Shown here one piece after another: positions 52,760 through 64,000 of a stretch of DNA of 64,000 bases; position 1 is the first letter of the stretch, and each line of letters begins with the position of its first letter. The notes below the pieces were generated by a model, which had not been told where the DNA came from, did no database searches, and worked only from the letters and a program-made list of their open reading frames with translations. Both the position numbers and the translations under genes were made by a program. This DNA is from Octopus sinensis (taxonomy: Eukaryota), in NCBI RefSeq assembly GCF_006345805.1, contig NC_043011.1:52340464-52404463 (forward strand). Direction: 5' to 3'.

Positions 52760-52990
52760 GCATTGAGCGAAAGTGCATTCATAACTATGCAAGCATCTTG
52801 AGAGTCTTTCAGAAATTCTATTAATGATCTCATTGGTCCACAAAATAGACAGAGATTTCTCAGAGCAGAGTCTGCATCTCCTGGGATGGTCCCTTGTCAT
52901 CCCCTCAGTGAAGCTCAATATCTGAGGATCCTTTCTCACCACTTCGTCCCACATCTTCTTGGGTCTACCCTTTCCTCAGGTTCCCTTCAC
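52760..52990 (-). mobile_element. RTE-clade LINE C-terminal fragment
   Basis: RGRPKKMWDEVVRKD...TEGMTRD...RCRL resembles the typical RTE ORF end. Confidence 0.6.
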
Positions 52991-53429
52991 AATTGGGATT
53001 TGGGAGAGATTTGGCTTCTATTTCTAGCAGGTTGAGTCAGTAGCATAGCTGGGGTGGGGTTGAAAGGGGGTGGTGGAGGTGGCTGTTTGCTTTGGGCAAC
53101 ACTTTTATGAGCACAACACATCTGTGTCAGCTGTATAAGCCTGTATGGGGTTGTATGTATCTTGGGGTGGATGAGTTGCTAATGCAAGGGCTTCCCCCGA
53201 TGGCATGCACTCTAGCCATACAAATTACACCATCAGGTTGAGTAAACATGTTACTACTCCATCATAGGCTTATAAATATTTCAATAAATCAATTTAGTAG
53301 CTCTTGTGGTATTCATTCATCTCCCAATGGTATTAAGAAAATGAAATACAGCTTTAGCACTAAATTTTAGGAACTTACCAGGAGTTGACACAAGCAAGTT
53401 TTATTTCACTTGAAAACCAAATGTTTTAA

Positions 53430-53795
53430 CCCTTTTGTTATCATTTCTGCTGAAATACATTGCTTTTGTTTCAATAATTTTGAAAGCAATGAAGAATTTT
53501 GTCAAATAACTTTATCATTATTAAGCTGGTGTCTGGAACATAAATTAACATGGTTGGTATAAATTAACATAAATTAACATGGTTCTGTTTACATACAATG
53601 CTTTTGTTCCAATTAATTTTGAAAATAATAAAAAATTTAGTAAAATAATTTTGTCATTATTAAGCTGGTGTTTGGAACATAAATTAACATAAATTAACAA
53701 GAAATTATATGAAAGTTTTAATTTAAATCACTTTAAAACAAAAAGTTTGTATAATAGAACCAAGGGTGGTCTCAGGCAGGTTGGTATCGAAAGGG
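53430..53795. mobile_element. piggyBac-type MITE (related copies near 58210-58410 and 59941-60165)
   Basis: TTAA|CCCTTT ... AAAGGG|TTAA termini and an internal partial duplication. Confidence 0.75.
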
Positions 53796-54289
53796 TTAAA
53801 CATTGGTTATGTTTGAATATGGATATAGCATAGCCCATGCAAAGCTTTGCAATCAGTACACATCATCCTTGTTCATCATTCTCTTCATTCATCTATACAC
53901 TTCCATCTCTAACTACTTGTTACTCTACCTCACATACTCTGAAGAACCTATCCACCTATCCTTCCGAATCCAGTCTGTATTTTCTCTTATACTCATCTTA
54001 TTGAGAGTACTCTTTGACACCTCATCCCTACCATATTTGTCTTCCTTCCAACTACTCATCTATATAAAGGATGTCCCAAAATTAACAATTTCAGTGAAAT
54101 CAGACAATTTTTTTTAAAAACACACTTTTATTTGTTTATCATGTTTAATATGTGTTAAAAGTGTATAAATTTTTTATTTTGTTTATGATTTCATAATTTT
54201 TATAATTTTTTTAGATTTTTATTTTCATTCCTGTTGGATCCTGCTTATTTGTCCACAACAACTGTTTTTTTAATTTGGCAGCAATCATT

Positions 54290-54588
54290 TTTTCTACTTC
54301 CATCCCCAGGAACAATAGTTTAGCTGAACTTAAAGTATACATTCGGTTAGCAGTGCAGGAGATAGCCCCTAAAATGCTTCAAATGTGTTTCGCAATGCTA
54401 AGGATAGATTTTAATTACAGGAATACATATGGATCACATGTTGAAAATTTTCAATAAAGTTTTGACATAAGATTTATAAATCTAATCATTTTGGTATCAT
54501 AATTAAGTCATAAACATAAAGTTCTGTAAGTTTTTTTTTTTAATTTGCCCAATTTCATTGAAATAATTAATTCTGGGACACTCTGTAT
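54290..54588 (+). mobile_element. Tc1/mariner 3' end with terminal repeat
   Basis: ELKVYIRLAVQEIAPKML...GSHVENF, ending ...gggacactctgta|ta. Confidence 0.6.
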
Positions 54589-55243
54589 AATGAAGAGATA
54601 GCCATGCATCTCCTCTATAGTAAAACAACTGCACTTGTCCCTATATCAGTAACTGGCATAAAGCCACCTCCCTCTCTACTATAACTCCACTCAGTCAAGT
54701 TTTTTTTTAATCTTTATCATGCATTACTTGATGACCTCACCAGTGCTAGTGTCACACACATGCACACAAAGAAAAAAAGCACCCTGTACATTCTGTAAAG
54801 TGGTTGGCATTAAGAAAGGTATCCAGCTGCAGAAACCATGACAAACTAAACATTGGAGCTCAATGCAGTCCTCCAACTTATAGGATCCTGTCAAACCATC
54901 TGTCATGGAAGATGGATATTAGATGAAGGTAATGATGATGATGATGATGGTGGTGGTGACGATGACGATGATGATGGTGGTGGTGATGTATCCAAGGCCT
55001 AACTCTACATCATGGCTTGTGTCCACCCAATCCTTGCGAATGACTTGGGTACACCACACCCATGTTAAAGCCAGTTGGATGGAATGTACTTGTAATTTAA
55101 AGGTCTAGCCTTGTCATCAAACACTTAGTCATACTGACTCCTGATTCTAGCTGAAGATTCTGTTCATAGTACACTTGTCTGTGGAATATTCAACCACTTA
55201 ACATGATGAGTAGATCAATTCAGTCAATCAGCTGAATCTTTAC

Positions 55244-55428
55244 CATTGTAAGCAACAGAGACTCATTTACGATATTTGAACATAGCAGATTAGCAGAATG
55301 TATGGAGCATCGAATCAAAAACTTTGCAGTATCTCTCTCCATCCAGTTGTCCCATTCTTGGTGTCCTGCTGGGTCAAAGGTTTGAGGGATAAGAGCGTGT
55401 CCATGACAACACATGACTACACAAGCAT
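55244..55428 (-). CDS. Putative internal exon of an unidentified minus-strand gene
   Basis: Acceptor ttatttctttag| and donor ATG|gtaaag; only one open frame, (D)ACVVMCCHGHALIPQTFD...EWDNWME...LLLTM. No family recognised. Confidence 0.35.
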
Positions 55429-58400
55429 CTAAAGAAATAAGTGAAAGCATGGTACAAGCTACCAGGTTATACTTGCTGTTAAGTGATGGCTACAAACACC
55501 TCCTTTCCTTGATTTTCAAATTTATTAACATTCCTTTTGTTATCAACTTGCTTTGACCACTGCCCTCCTGCTATTACTAGTTTCCCCCCTTAATACTTTC
55601 CTCCTCCTCCCTGTTATATTAATTTGTTCTCTCTCATAATACTTCCAATCTATTTATCCAACACTACTAGTAAACCATTCCCTGTGAGGGAGTCTTTAAT
55701 TGGTTGCTTGATCCGGTAGAAATAGCAGCCAAATGCTTTTAGAACCACACTATACACCTTAGAAAAGGCCAAGTTAGATAATAATAAAATGTAATAAATA
55801 AACAGGATATTCATGGCCGGAATGCTTTTGATCACAGGTCTGCGTCATCAGTGCCAACCTAGGGCTAAACGACAGCATCATTTCATCTCTCTCTGACAAA
55901 GTGTTCTTCCCAAAATATTGGCCCTTTAAGCATTCAGATTTCTGTCAAATGTAATGCTTATTTATTCACATTGATTTGAATTAGTCAAGCATTATCTTGT
56001 AACTTTGAAATCATTGACATGATTGTTAATTTTTAGAATAATATTGTAAGGTAAGTGTGAGAGGCCAGATCTGGCTGATGCAAAGATAAAACAGATTATT
56101 TTGGCCAGATATGGCTGGTTTAAATGCTAAAGAGTTTAACTTCTTTTCCTCAGCACAAAATAACTTATTTTTGTTTGTGGTCTTTTCCAACTTAATGTTT
56201 CCTGATACAGACTGTTACTTAGCTTCCTAAGGATCTACTGTTTTATCAACACAGAAAACCTGGAGATTTTGTTGCTAAATGTTAGTTCAATAAGCTCATC
56301 TCTTAATTATGTGAGTTTTAACTTTGAAATTCAAATTTTCACTGCCCCTCCCCACCATCACTGATTCAATTCATAACAAATATTTTTAACACAGATCACA
56401 AAATTTTAAGTGGAGAGATACAACTTGTCATATTGACTCTAGTACATACATATCTGGTATTTTGTTTTACTGACAGACCCTGGAAGAATGAAAGGCAAAT
56501 TTGACCTTGGTAAGATAGACTAGTGGTTAGGGTGTTAAACCCACTACTGTAAGGTTTTGGTTTCATTCCCCAAATTGTGCTGTGCGTTTTGTTCTCGAGT
56601 AAAACACTTCATTTTATATGATGCTCCAGTCATCTCATCTGAGAATGAATACCTATTTCTTTACTACCCACAAGGGGCTAAACACAGAGGGGACAAACGG
56701 ATTAAGTCGATTACATCGACCCCAGTGCGTAACTGGTACTTATTTAATCAACCCCGAAAGGATGAAAGGCAAAGTCGACCTCGGCGGAATTTGAACTCAG
56801 AACGTAGCTGCAGACGAAATACCGCTAAGTATTTCGCCCGGCGTGCTAACGTATCTGCCAGCTTGCAGAATGAATACCATCAGTGAATGGGGGCTGAAGT
56901 TAAACCCCGTGACAGGCTGGTGAATATTGTACTCCCTCAGTTGCTTATATGCCATGGAAACTGGGATGAGCTCCAATCTAATGAGATTATGGGATTGTGA
57001 CAAAACCTATTTACTCAGTATTTATAAAATTTAAACACAGAACATAAAAGGTTATAATTAAATACTACACAGCAGTTTGTTTACTAATACTGTATTTTCT
57101 GGCATGCAAGTCAAATTTTTCAAACCAAAATTTACTGTTAAAAAAGGTAGCTTGTCTTATACACTGAGACAACTCTGGAAGACCAAAAATTCCATGTGAA
57201 TGTAGTAGGATGTGGAAAGATAGTAACAATGTTTGAATGTTTACACATGTTTATGCTATACACTATGTTGACTTGTATGGAAGAAAATACAGTAATTTCT
57301 TATGTAGGCACAAAGCCAGAAATGTGCAGGGAAAGGAACAATCAATTATATCAACCCCAGTATGTGACTGATACTATATTTTATTGGCTTCAAAGCAGCG
57401 AGCTAGCAGAATCGTTAGCCCAAAAGGCAAAATACTTCACCTGTCTTTACGTTCTGAGTTCAAATGCTGCTGAGGTCGACCTTGTCTTTCATCCTTTTGG
57501 GGTTGATAAAATAAGTACCAGTAGTGTACTGGGGTCGATGAAATCAACTAGCCCCCTCTACTATAGTTTCAGGCTTTGTGTCTATAGTAGAAAGGATATT
57601 TTATTGGCTCCTGGAAGGGTCAAAGGTAAAATTCACCATGGTAAGACATTAAACCCTTATTGTGACATTTATTGTGTTTAGATGACCCATTAGCTAAGCA
57701 GTGATCCATCATCATCATTTAACATCTGTCTTCCATGCTGACAATGGTTGGATGGTTTGAATGGAGCTGGTCAAGTAGAAGACTACACCAAGCTAATGTG
57801 ACTGTTTTGGTATGGTTTTTACAGCTGAATGCCCTTCCAAATGCCAACTACTTCATAGTAATTAATAATACATTAAATACCTATTTCTTTATTACCCACA
57901 AGGGGCTAAACACAGAGGGGACAAACAAGGACAGACATAGGTATTAAGTCGATTACATCGACCCCAGTGTGTAACTGGTACTTAATTTATCAACCCCGAA
58001 AGGATGAAAGGCAAAGTCGACTTCCAAATACCATCTAACTTATGGAACACATGGTATCACTTCTGTTGGTTTCAGTCATTGAATTGTGGCCATGCTGGGG
58101 TACTAAACCTTAGTGTATGATATTGCAATGCAGCTTCGTCTGGAATCCTACATAGATGTTCCTGTTTAGTCAGTCTAACCATGACCACCACCATGAATAC
58201 ATTGTCTTTTCTAGTTTAAATTTTTTAATTGCCATATTTGTGTTTCAAATAATATTAAAAATAATGAAGAACTTAGTCAAATAACTTTGTCATTAAGCTA
58301 GTGTTTGGAACAAAACATGAAATGCCTTACTTTACTTATATCACTTTAAAATAGGAAATTCATGTTATAGAACCAGGAATACCAAGTGAATAGGTATCAT

Positions 58401-60712
58401 AAGGGTCAAAGACTAGCATGTAATTTGAGGGATTTTTAGCTGCAAATTTTAGCAGACTGAACAGATACTTTCCTGCTGGCTCATGATTTCATGTAGAAGA
58501 CTGTCCCAGTATTTACATCTACTTCATACATATTCATTATTCTTTTTTGAGAAGATACGGAATAGCTGTGGGGCTCTGAATCACAGGTTATTGGAGTATT
58601 GTATTTAGTCTTGCATATGATGCAGTATGATGTGCTGACAGTATACTCTCTTTTACTTGTTTCAGTCATTTTGACTGCGGCCATGCTGGAGCCCCACCTT
58701 TAGTTGAGCAAATCGACCCCAGGATTTATTCTTTGCAAGCCTAGTACTTATTCTATCGGTCTCTTTTCCCAAACCACTAAGTTACAGAGGCGTAAACACA
58801 CCAGCATCGGTTGTCAAGCGATATTGGGGAGACAAACACAAACACACACATATATATATATATACATATATACGACGGGCTTCTTTCAGTTTCTGTCTAC
58901 CAAATCCACTCACAAGGCTTTGGTTGGCCTGGGGCTATAGTAGAAGACACTTGTCCAAGGTGCCAAGCAGTGGGACTGAACCTGGAACCATGTGGTTGGT
59001 AAGCAAGCTACTTACCACACAGCCATTCCTGATCTGATGTATTTGTTTAATCAGATTTAGTTTTCCTTGGATCATTTCTGCCTGTCAGTCCACCTGCCCA
59101 CCTACCCATAGTCTGAGAGATATATCATTCACAAGGAATCAATTAGGGAAAAACACATACACTGCATACATATGTGTAAATATGATGGGCTTCTTTCAGT
59201 TTCTGTCAACCAAATCTACTCACCAGACACTGGTTAGCTTATGGTTGTAGTAAAAAATACTTGCCCAAGCTCAGTGGGAATGCATTTGAACCTACACAGT
59301 TGGGAAGCAAGCTTTTTAACCACATAGGCAATGTCACAATATTATAAAATTGGTTGGCATTAGGAAGGGCATCCAGCTATAAAAACCAAGCCAAAACAGT
59401 CTATGGAACCTGGTGAGGGCCCTTTGCCATGCTAGTTCCCGCCAAGTTGTCCAACCATGCCAGCAACAAAAAGCAACGTTAGATGATGATGATGACATTT
59501 TAATTCATATTTTTGGTTAATCTTAACAAATTTCTCTACTTTAAAGCAAGATCCATCACATATTAATATTCCTTCTTCAGTTAACTTGCTATCACATATT
59601 CACATAACAATCAGTAAATGATTAATTAAAGAACGAAAATAGTTTGTTTCCCTAAGTTGTAAGAGGGATAAAAATATATATTGCAGCACTTTAACTTTTA
59701 TTTAAACAAAGTATAACATTTTCTTTAATATAGCAATAAACATTTAAACCAAATTCAAAAACCCACATAGGTATCAATAATCTGTCAGCAAAACAAAATT
59801 GTTTATAAAAAATATTCTTAATAGTTAAGTTGTATTAAATTGTCAGAACAGAAATAAAGTATTTTTCTTGCTAATTGTTCCCACAACCCATTTTTTTTTT
59901 TTTTTTCGTTTTAACAAATAAAATATAGATAAAAAATTAACCCTTTTGTTGCAACCATATTTCTGCTGGAAAACACTGCCTTTGTTTTGATTAATTTTGG
60001 AAATAATTTAGTAAACTAATTTTGTCATTATTAAGGTGATCTTTGAAAACATAATTAACATGAAATTTTAATGGAAAATTTAAATTTAGATCGCTTTTAA
60101 GCAAGGAGTCTGTATCATAGAACCATGTTAAGCATCGACAACCTTTTCCAAAAACAGGTTGAATGACACTTAACACATCGATAGGTGGACAGCATAACTA
60201 AAAAATTCAAGGTAATTTTTTTCATCATGTGTACCGTTACAGGCTACAGTCTGCCCGTACTTTCACTCTCGTCAATCTGTCACTAGTAAGATTTCGTTTG
60301 GCAGCCGGCGAAGACATTTAGGGAGTCGGGGTACTTGGCTTGCAATATATGTTATTGTAGTTATCATTAGTAATAATCCTTGAAATGATTTTGTTTTTGG
60401 AATTTTTAAATTTTGTTTCTTGATAAAAACAACATAAAAACAAGTATAACACCAAATTCTAAACTTTTAGATGCAATTCTTCCTCCCAAAGAATGCCTAG
60501 GGACTCATTAAATGCTAGAATATTGAATATATACACCAGCAAAAAGGAAAAAAAATTACAATGCATTTATAACTACAAGTCAATATAACAATCTTATATT
60601 AATTTTTAGATAGAAAAGTTTGACAATGACTTCGAAGTTTCGATTTGCTCATCTTTGTCAGTTTGATGACGTCGAGCAAGCTGAGACTTTTGAGCCACTA
60701 TTAACCTTTTCC

Positions 60713-61368
60713 GTTAAACTAAAGCGTTACACCACTCAAAGAAACAAAAAAAAAAATGTGTGTAATAGGTGTAAAACAACTTCCTCTGAACGAATATGAA
60801 AAAAAAAATGTGCGCACGCGAAAGGGGAGTGGGGGAGAGGCCTCGGAAAATTCACATCGGGAGTTTCCGAAAGCGTCTGAGGGGCTGACCCGGGCACCAA
60901 AACAAAAAAAAATAGTGTAATATGTGTAAAACAACTTACTCTAAACGAATATGACAAAAAAAAACGCGCACTCGCGAAAGGGGAGTGAGGGAGAGGCCTC
61001 GGAAAATTCACATCGGGAATTTCCGAAAGCGTCTGAGGGGCTGACCCGGGCACCAAAACAAAAAAAAATAGTGTAATATGTGTAAAACAACTTACTCTAA
61101 ACGAATATGACAAAAAAAAAACGCGCACTCGCGAAAGGGGAGTGAGGGAGAGGCCTCGGAAAATTCACATCGGGAATTTCCGAAAGCGTCTGAGGGGCTG
61201 ACCCGGGCACCAAAACAAAAAAAAAAAGTGTAATATGTGTAAAACAACTTGCTCTAAACGAATATGACAAAAAAAAAATGCGCACTCGCGAAAGAGGAAG
61301 TTGTTTTACACCTATTACACACATTTTTTTTTTTGTTTCTTTGAGTGGTGTAACGCTTTAGTTTAACC
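60713..61368. mobile_element. Mutator-like/foldback non-autonomous element with internal ~155-bp tandem repeats
   Basis: Perfect 75-bp TIRs (60713-60787 and 61293-61367), 9-bp direct repeat ACCTTTTCC on both flanks, about 3.3 internal tandem units. Confidence 0.85.
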
Positions 61369-63273
61369 ACCTTTTCCATGTAAAATTTAACAAATATAGT
61401 CTACTAAAAAAAATGTTGAGCAATCTTTCAGTGTATAAACTTTACATAGAAGCAAACATTCTCCCTCTCTTACACACACGTTTTTGGTGACACAAACAGG
61501 AAATTGAGCTAAAAACATGTTCAATCTTTTCTTATCAATCGGCAAAAATTGGAGTGATCTCTGCCGATTAACATGCATATGTAACTACACCTAAACTGGA
61601 AGCCAAATATTTTGATTTCACACTCGTGTATGCGTATTATACACACACATAGGGCGACGAGCTGGCAGAATCGTTAGCACGCTGGGCGAAAAGCGTAGCC
61701 GTATTTCGTCTGCCGTTACGTTCTGAGTTCAAATGACGCCGTGGTCGACTTTGCCTTTCATCCTTTCGGGGTCGATAAACTAAGTACCAGTTACGCACTG
61801 GGGATCGATGTAATCGACATAATCCGTTTGTCTGTCCTTGTTTGTCCCCTCTATGTTTAGCTCCTTGTGGGTAGTAAAGAAATAGGTATTATATACACAC
61901 ACACATATATATATATATATATTACACGCGCACACATCTTTGCCGGCTGCCAAACACGTTGTGAGAAATTGATTCTAAGTGGAGGCCGGAACTCCAAAAT
62001 CACCAACTTTTCATTCTCATGACACAAAATATATTCCACAATATGGAATTCGTTCGTTAACGACGCAGAACATCACAAGTTTCCTCGGATTCCACTTACC
62101 GTCTGATTAAGTTGTTGAAACAGTTATATATAACAACTAACGAATCCGTAGAAATTCCATGATTTATCAATTTTCTTCTTTCTATTTTGATACATAAAAT
62201 AAATTTACAAGAACTCCATAGCATTGTTTCATTATGTTAGAGATTGCAATTTTGTCTTCGATTTCGTTGCACTTTTAAGGTTGATTTTAAAACGTATAAC
62301 ATTTTAGAAATACAAACGCCATGACCAAACCGAAGAATATGAATAACAGATGACAAATCTACACAGTTTGGTGTCACCGAATCGTAGTTTTGAAGTATTT
62401 CATTCACAAGGAACCAACGAGAGAAAACTAATTGAAATCTAGTAGAAATTCACCCATTCCTAACAGTTTGTTTAGATATAAAGCCGACAGCAATCTTAAT
62501 GAGGTGGACTTTGATATGGAAATGCAGTGGACCTGGGTGGGAGGAAATGTCATGGACACTGATTAATGTTAGTGAACACGAACTATAGAAAACATTTCAA
62601 TGACGGTGGATTTATTTTTTAGGAAGCCCGTTGGTTCCGTTGGTTCTTAACTGACCTCCCTTATGACAAGTGTGTATATGTGTGTGTAAATACTGGTGTC
62701 TTGCTCCTTTAGTCCGCGGTGGTAAGCTTAAAACATTGCGTAAGCCTTAAGATTAATGACACAGGTGAAACAGTGCGTAACAGAGGAAACTAGTGATGGT
62801 GATATATATATATATATATATATATAGATTTCGGCTAAACTAGCTAAATTCTGGGGGTGATTTTCACTCGTTGGTTCAATATGAATTTAACTCCTCTAAA
62901 CTACTGTTATTTTATTGTAGAAATATGAAGTTTATACAACAAAAAATATAATATTTCAGACAGCAGAAATTAATTATTTCATCAACCTCAACACAATGTA
63001 AACATTAAATAATATTATTGTAATGAATATTAATCAGCAGAATTAAATGTTTATATAATTAAACATAACAATGAGCCACATTTATGGTACTTGATAAACA
63101 AAATCCACACCTTAAATTATTCCTTGTTCAGGTAGAAAACACTGAATTAACGCACCGAAAACATGAAATAAAACAGTATCTTGTACAGATGTGACAAATA
63201 TTGGAATTATCAGCCTCGGGAAATTGTTTAAATACTGTATTGGAGAAATCCTGTCGGTGTTGTTCCGCTCTTT

Positions 63274-63945
63274 TCATACAGGTAGGGTTTTCTCGGCTGT
63301 CTTTGAAGCTGCCGCATAAAACAGTTTGGAGAAGAATTTCAGTCCAGATTGTCCACCTGGAATGTAACTGACAACGAACCAAACCAGAGTAATGACCTGA
63401 CCTGTAGCAAAAATCACCGTTAACATGGTATATTTTAACCAGACTGCGAAGTAAAGAGTTCCGAACAATGTTGTGAAGTACATGCATGTGAATGGGAGCC
63501 GACCAGCGGAAAATAAGTGGCGAAGATGATTTACGGGTCCCCAAAGGAGTGAGAAGCTCATTAAGAAAAACAGACTCCCGAATGTAAATAACAGGGAGAA
63601 TTTTCTGGCCCTCAGAACAATCAAAGGAATGTAGAGGAATGAGAGAGAGAAGAAAAGAGTACCCATCAGAAGAAAGGTAACAAAGCCAAGGATCCTCTGT
63701 TTTTTGGTGAGTGACGGCAGCAAGGGGTCCGACTGCGCTTTGGTGAACCAACTGTTGGCATCGGTGGCCTCACCGTTACGCTCTCCAGCACCCGATCGAC
63801 TAAATAAGTATTTGAAGCCATTTTTAAGGGAACTCGATTCACTTGTGTTTACATTTTCTTCGTTTTTATCAAACGAAGAACTCATCATAATACTGCTGGA
63901 AGATCGAGACAGATACTCTTTTAAATCCTTGCCGAGGTCTGCCAT
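63274..63945 (-). CDS. SFT2D3: Vesicle transport protein SFT2C (Got1/Sft2 family), single coding exon, 223 aa
   Basis: N-terminus MADLGKDLKEYLSR resembles vertebrate SFT2D3. The C-terminal four-TM Sft2 domain reads LTKKQRILGF...ARKFSLLFTFGS...LWGP...HL...RLPFT...YIPGGQSGLKFF. ATG in an ACAACATGG context; possible AATAAA on the - strand at 62912-62917. Confidence 0.88.
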   Translation of the reverse strand: MADLGKDLKEYLSRSSSSIMMSSSFDKNEENVNTSESSSLKNGFKYLFSRSGAGERNGEATDANSWFTKAQSDPLLPSLTKKQRILGFVTFLLMGTLFFSLSFLYIPLIVLRARKFSLLFTFGSLFFLMSFSLLWGPVNHLRHLFSAGRLPFTCMYFTTLFGTLYFAVWLKYTMLTVIFATGQVITLVWFVVSYIPGGQSGLKFFSKLFYAAASKTAEKTLPV

Positions 63946-64000
63946 GTTGTCAAAGTTTCAAGGGAGACAATCACTAACTTCCACTCAACGGTGCTCTATC

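Noticed and set aside
60774-61292. Regular repeats as a CRISPR array (also 18762-19039)
   Set aside because: Units are contiguous with no unique spacers, there are no cas genes, and the context is eukaryotic.
62094-62110. Strong minus-strand donor CG|GTAAGT
   Set aside because: No upstream open frame or linked acceptor could be supported from sequence alone.
63128-63751. 207-aa second minus-strand ORF
   Set aside because: Alternative-frame shadow of SFT2D3 with no recognisable features.

Overview
AT-rich, repeat-dense eukaryotic DNA; the SINE/LINE complement points to an octopus (cephalopod) genome, which is an inference. (1) Seven phase-consistent exons (1528-32343, +) form the 3' end of a large gene. 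The ~689-aa disordered C-terminal region has four NPF motifs, a 12-aa repeat array of [ST]xIP motifs and a class I PDZ-type end (TTEL). (2) An intronless SFT2D3-like gene lies at 63274-63945 (-). (3) A full-length U6 snRNA copy (11953-12058, -) abuts a CR1 3' tail. (4) Nested CR1-like LINEs span ~39.9-49.1 kb; there are also R4/Dong, RTE, mariner, hAT, piggyBac, Mutator-like and Helitron relics and many tRNA-SINEs. The most unexpected signal is about seven sequence-unrelated minimal type I hammerhead ribozyme motifs of the Penelope-like-element (PLE) type, several as outward-pointing inverted pairs. One is carried by a tRNA-headed SINE-like unit (14742-15104) and another shows compensatory stem changes between its two arms (50845-51763). 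All analysis was by eye, with no database searches or folding runs.
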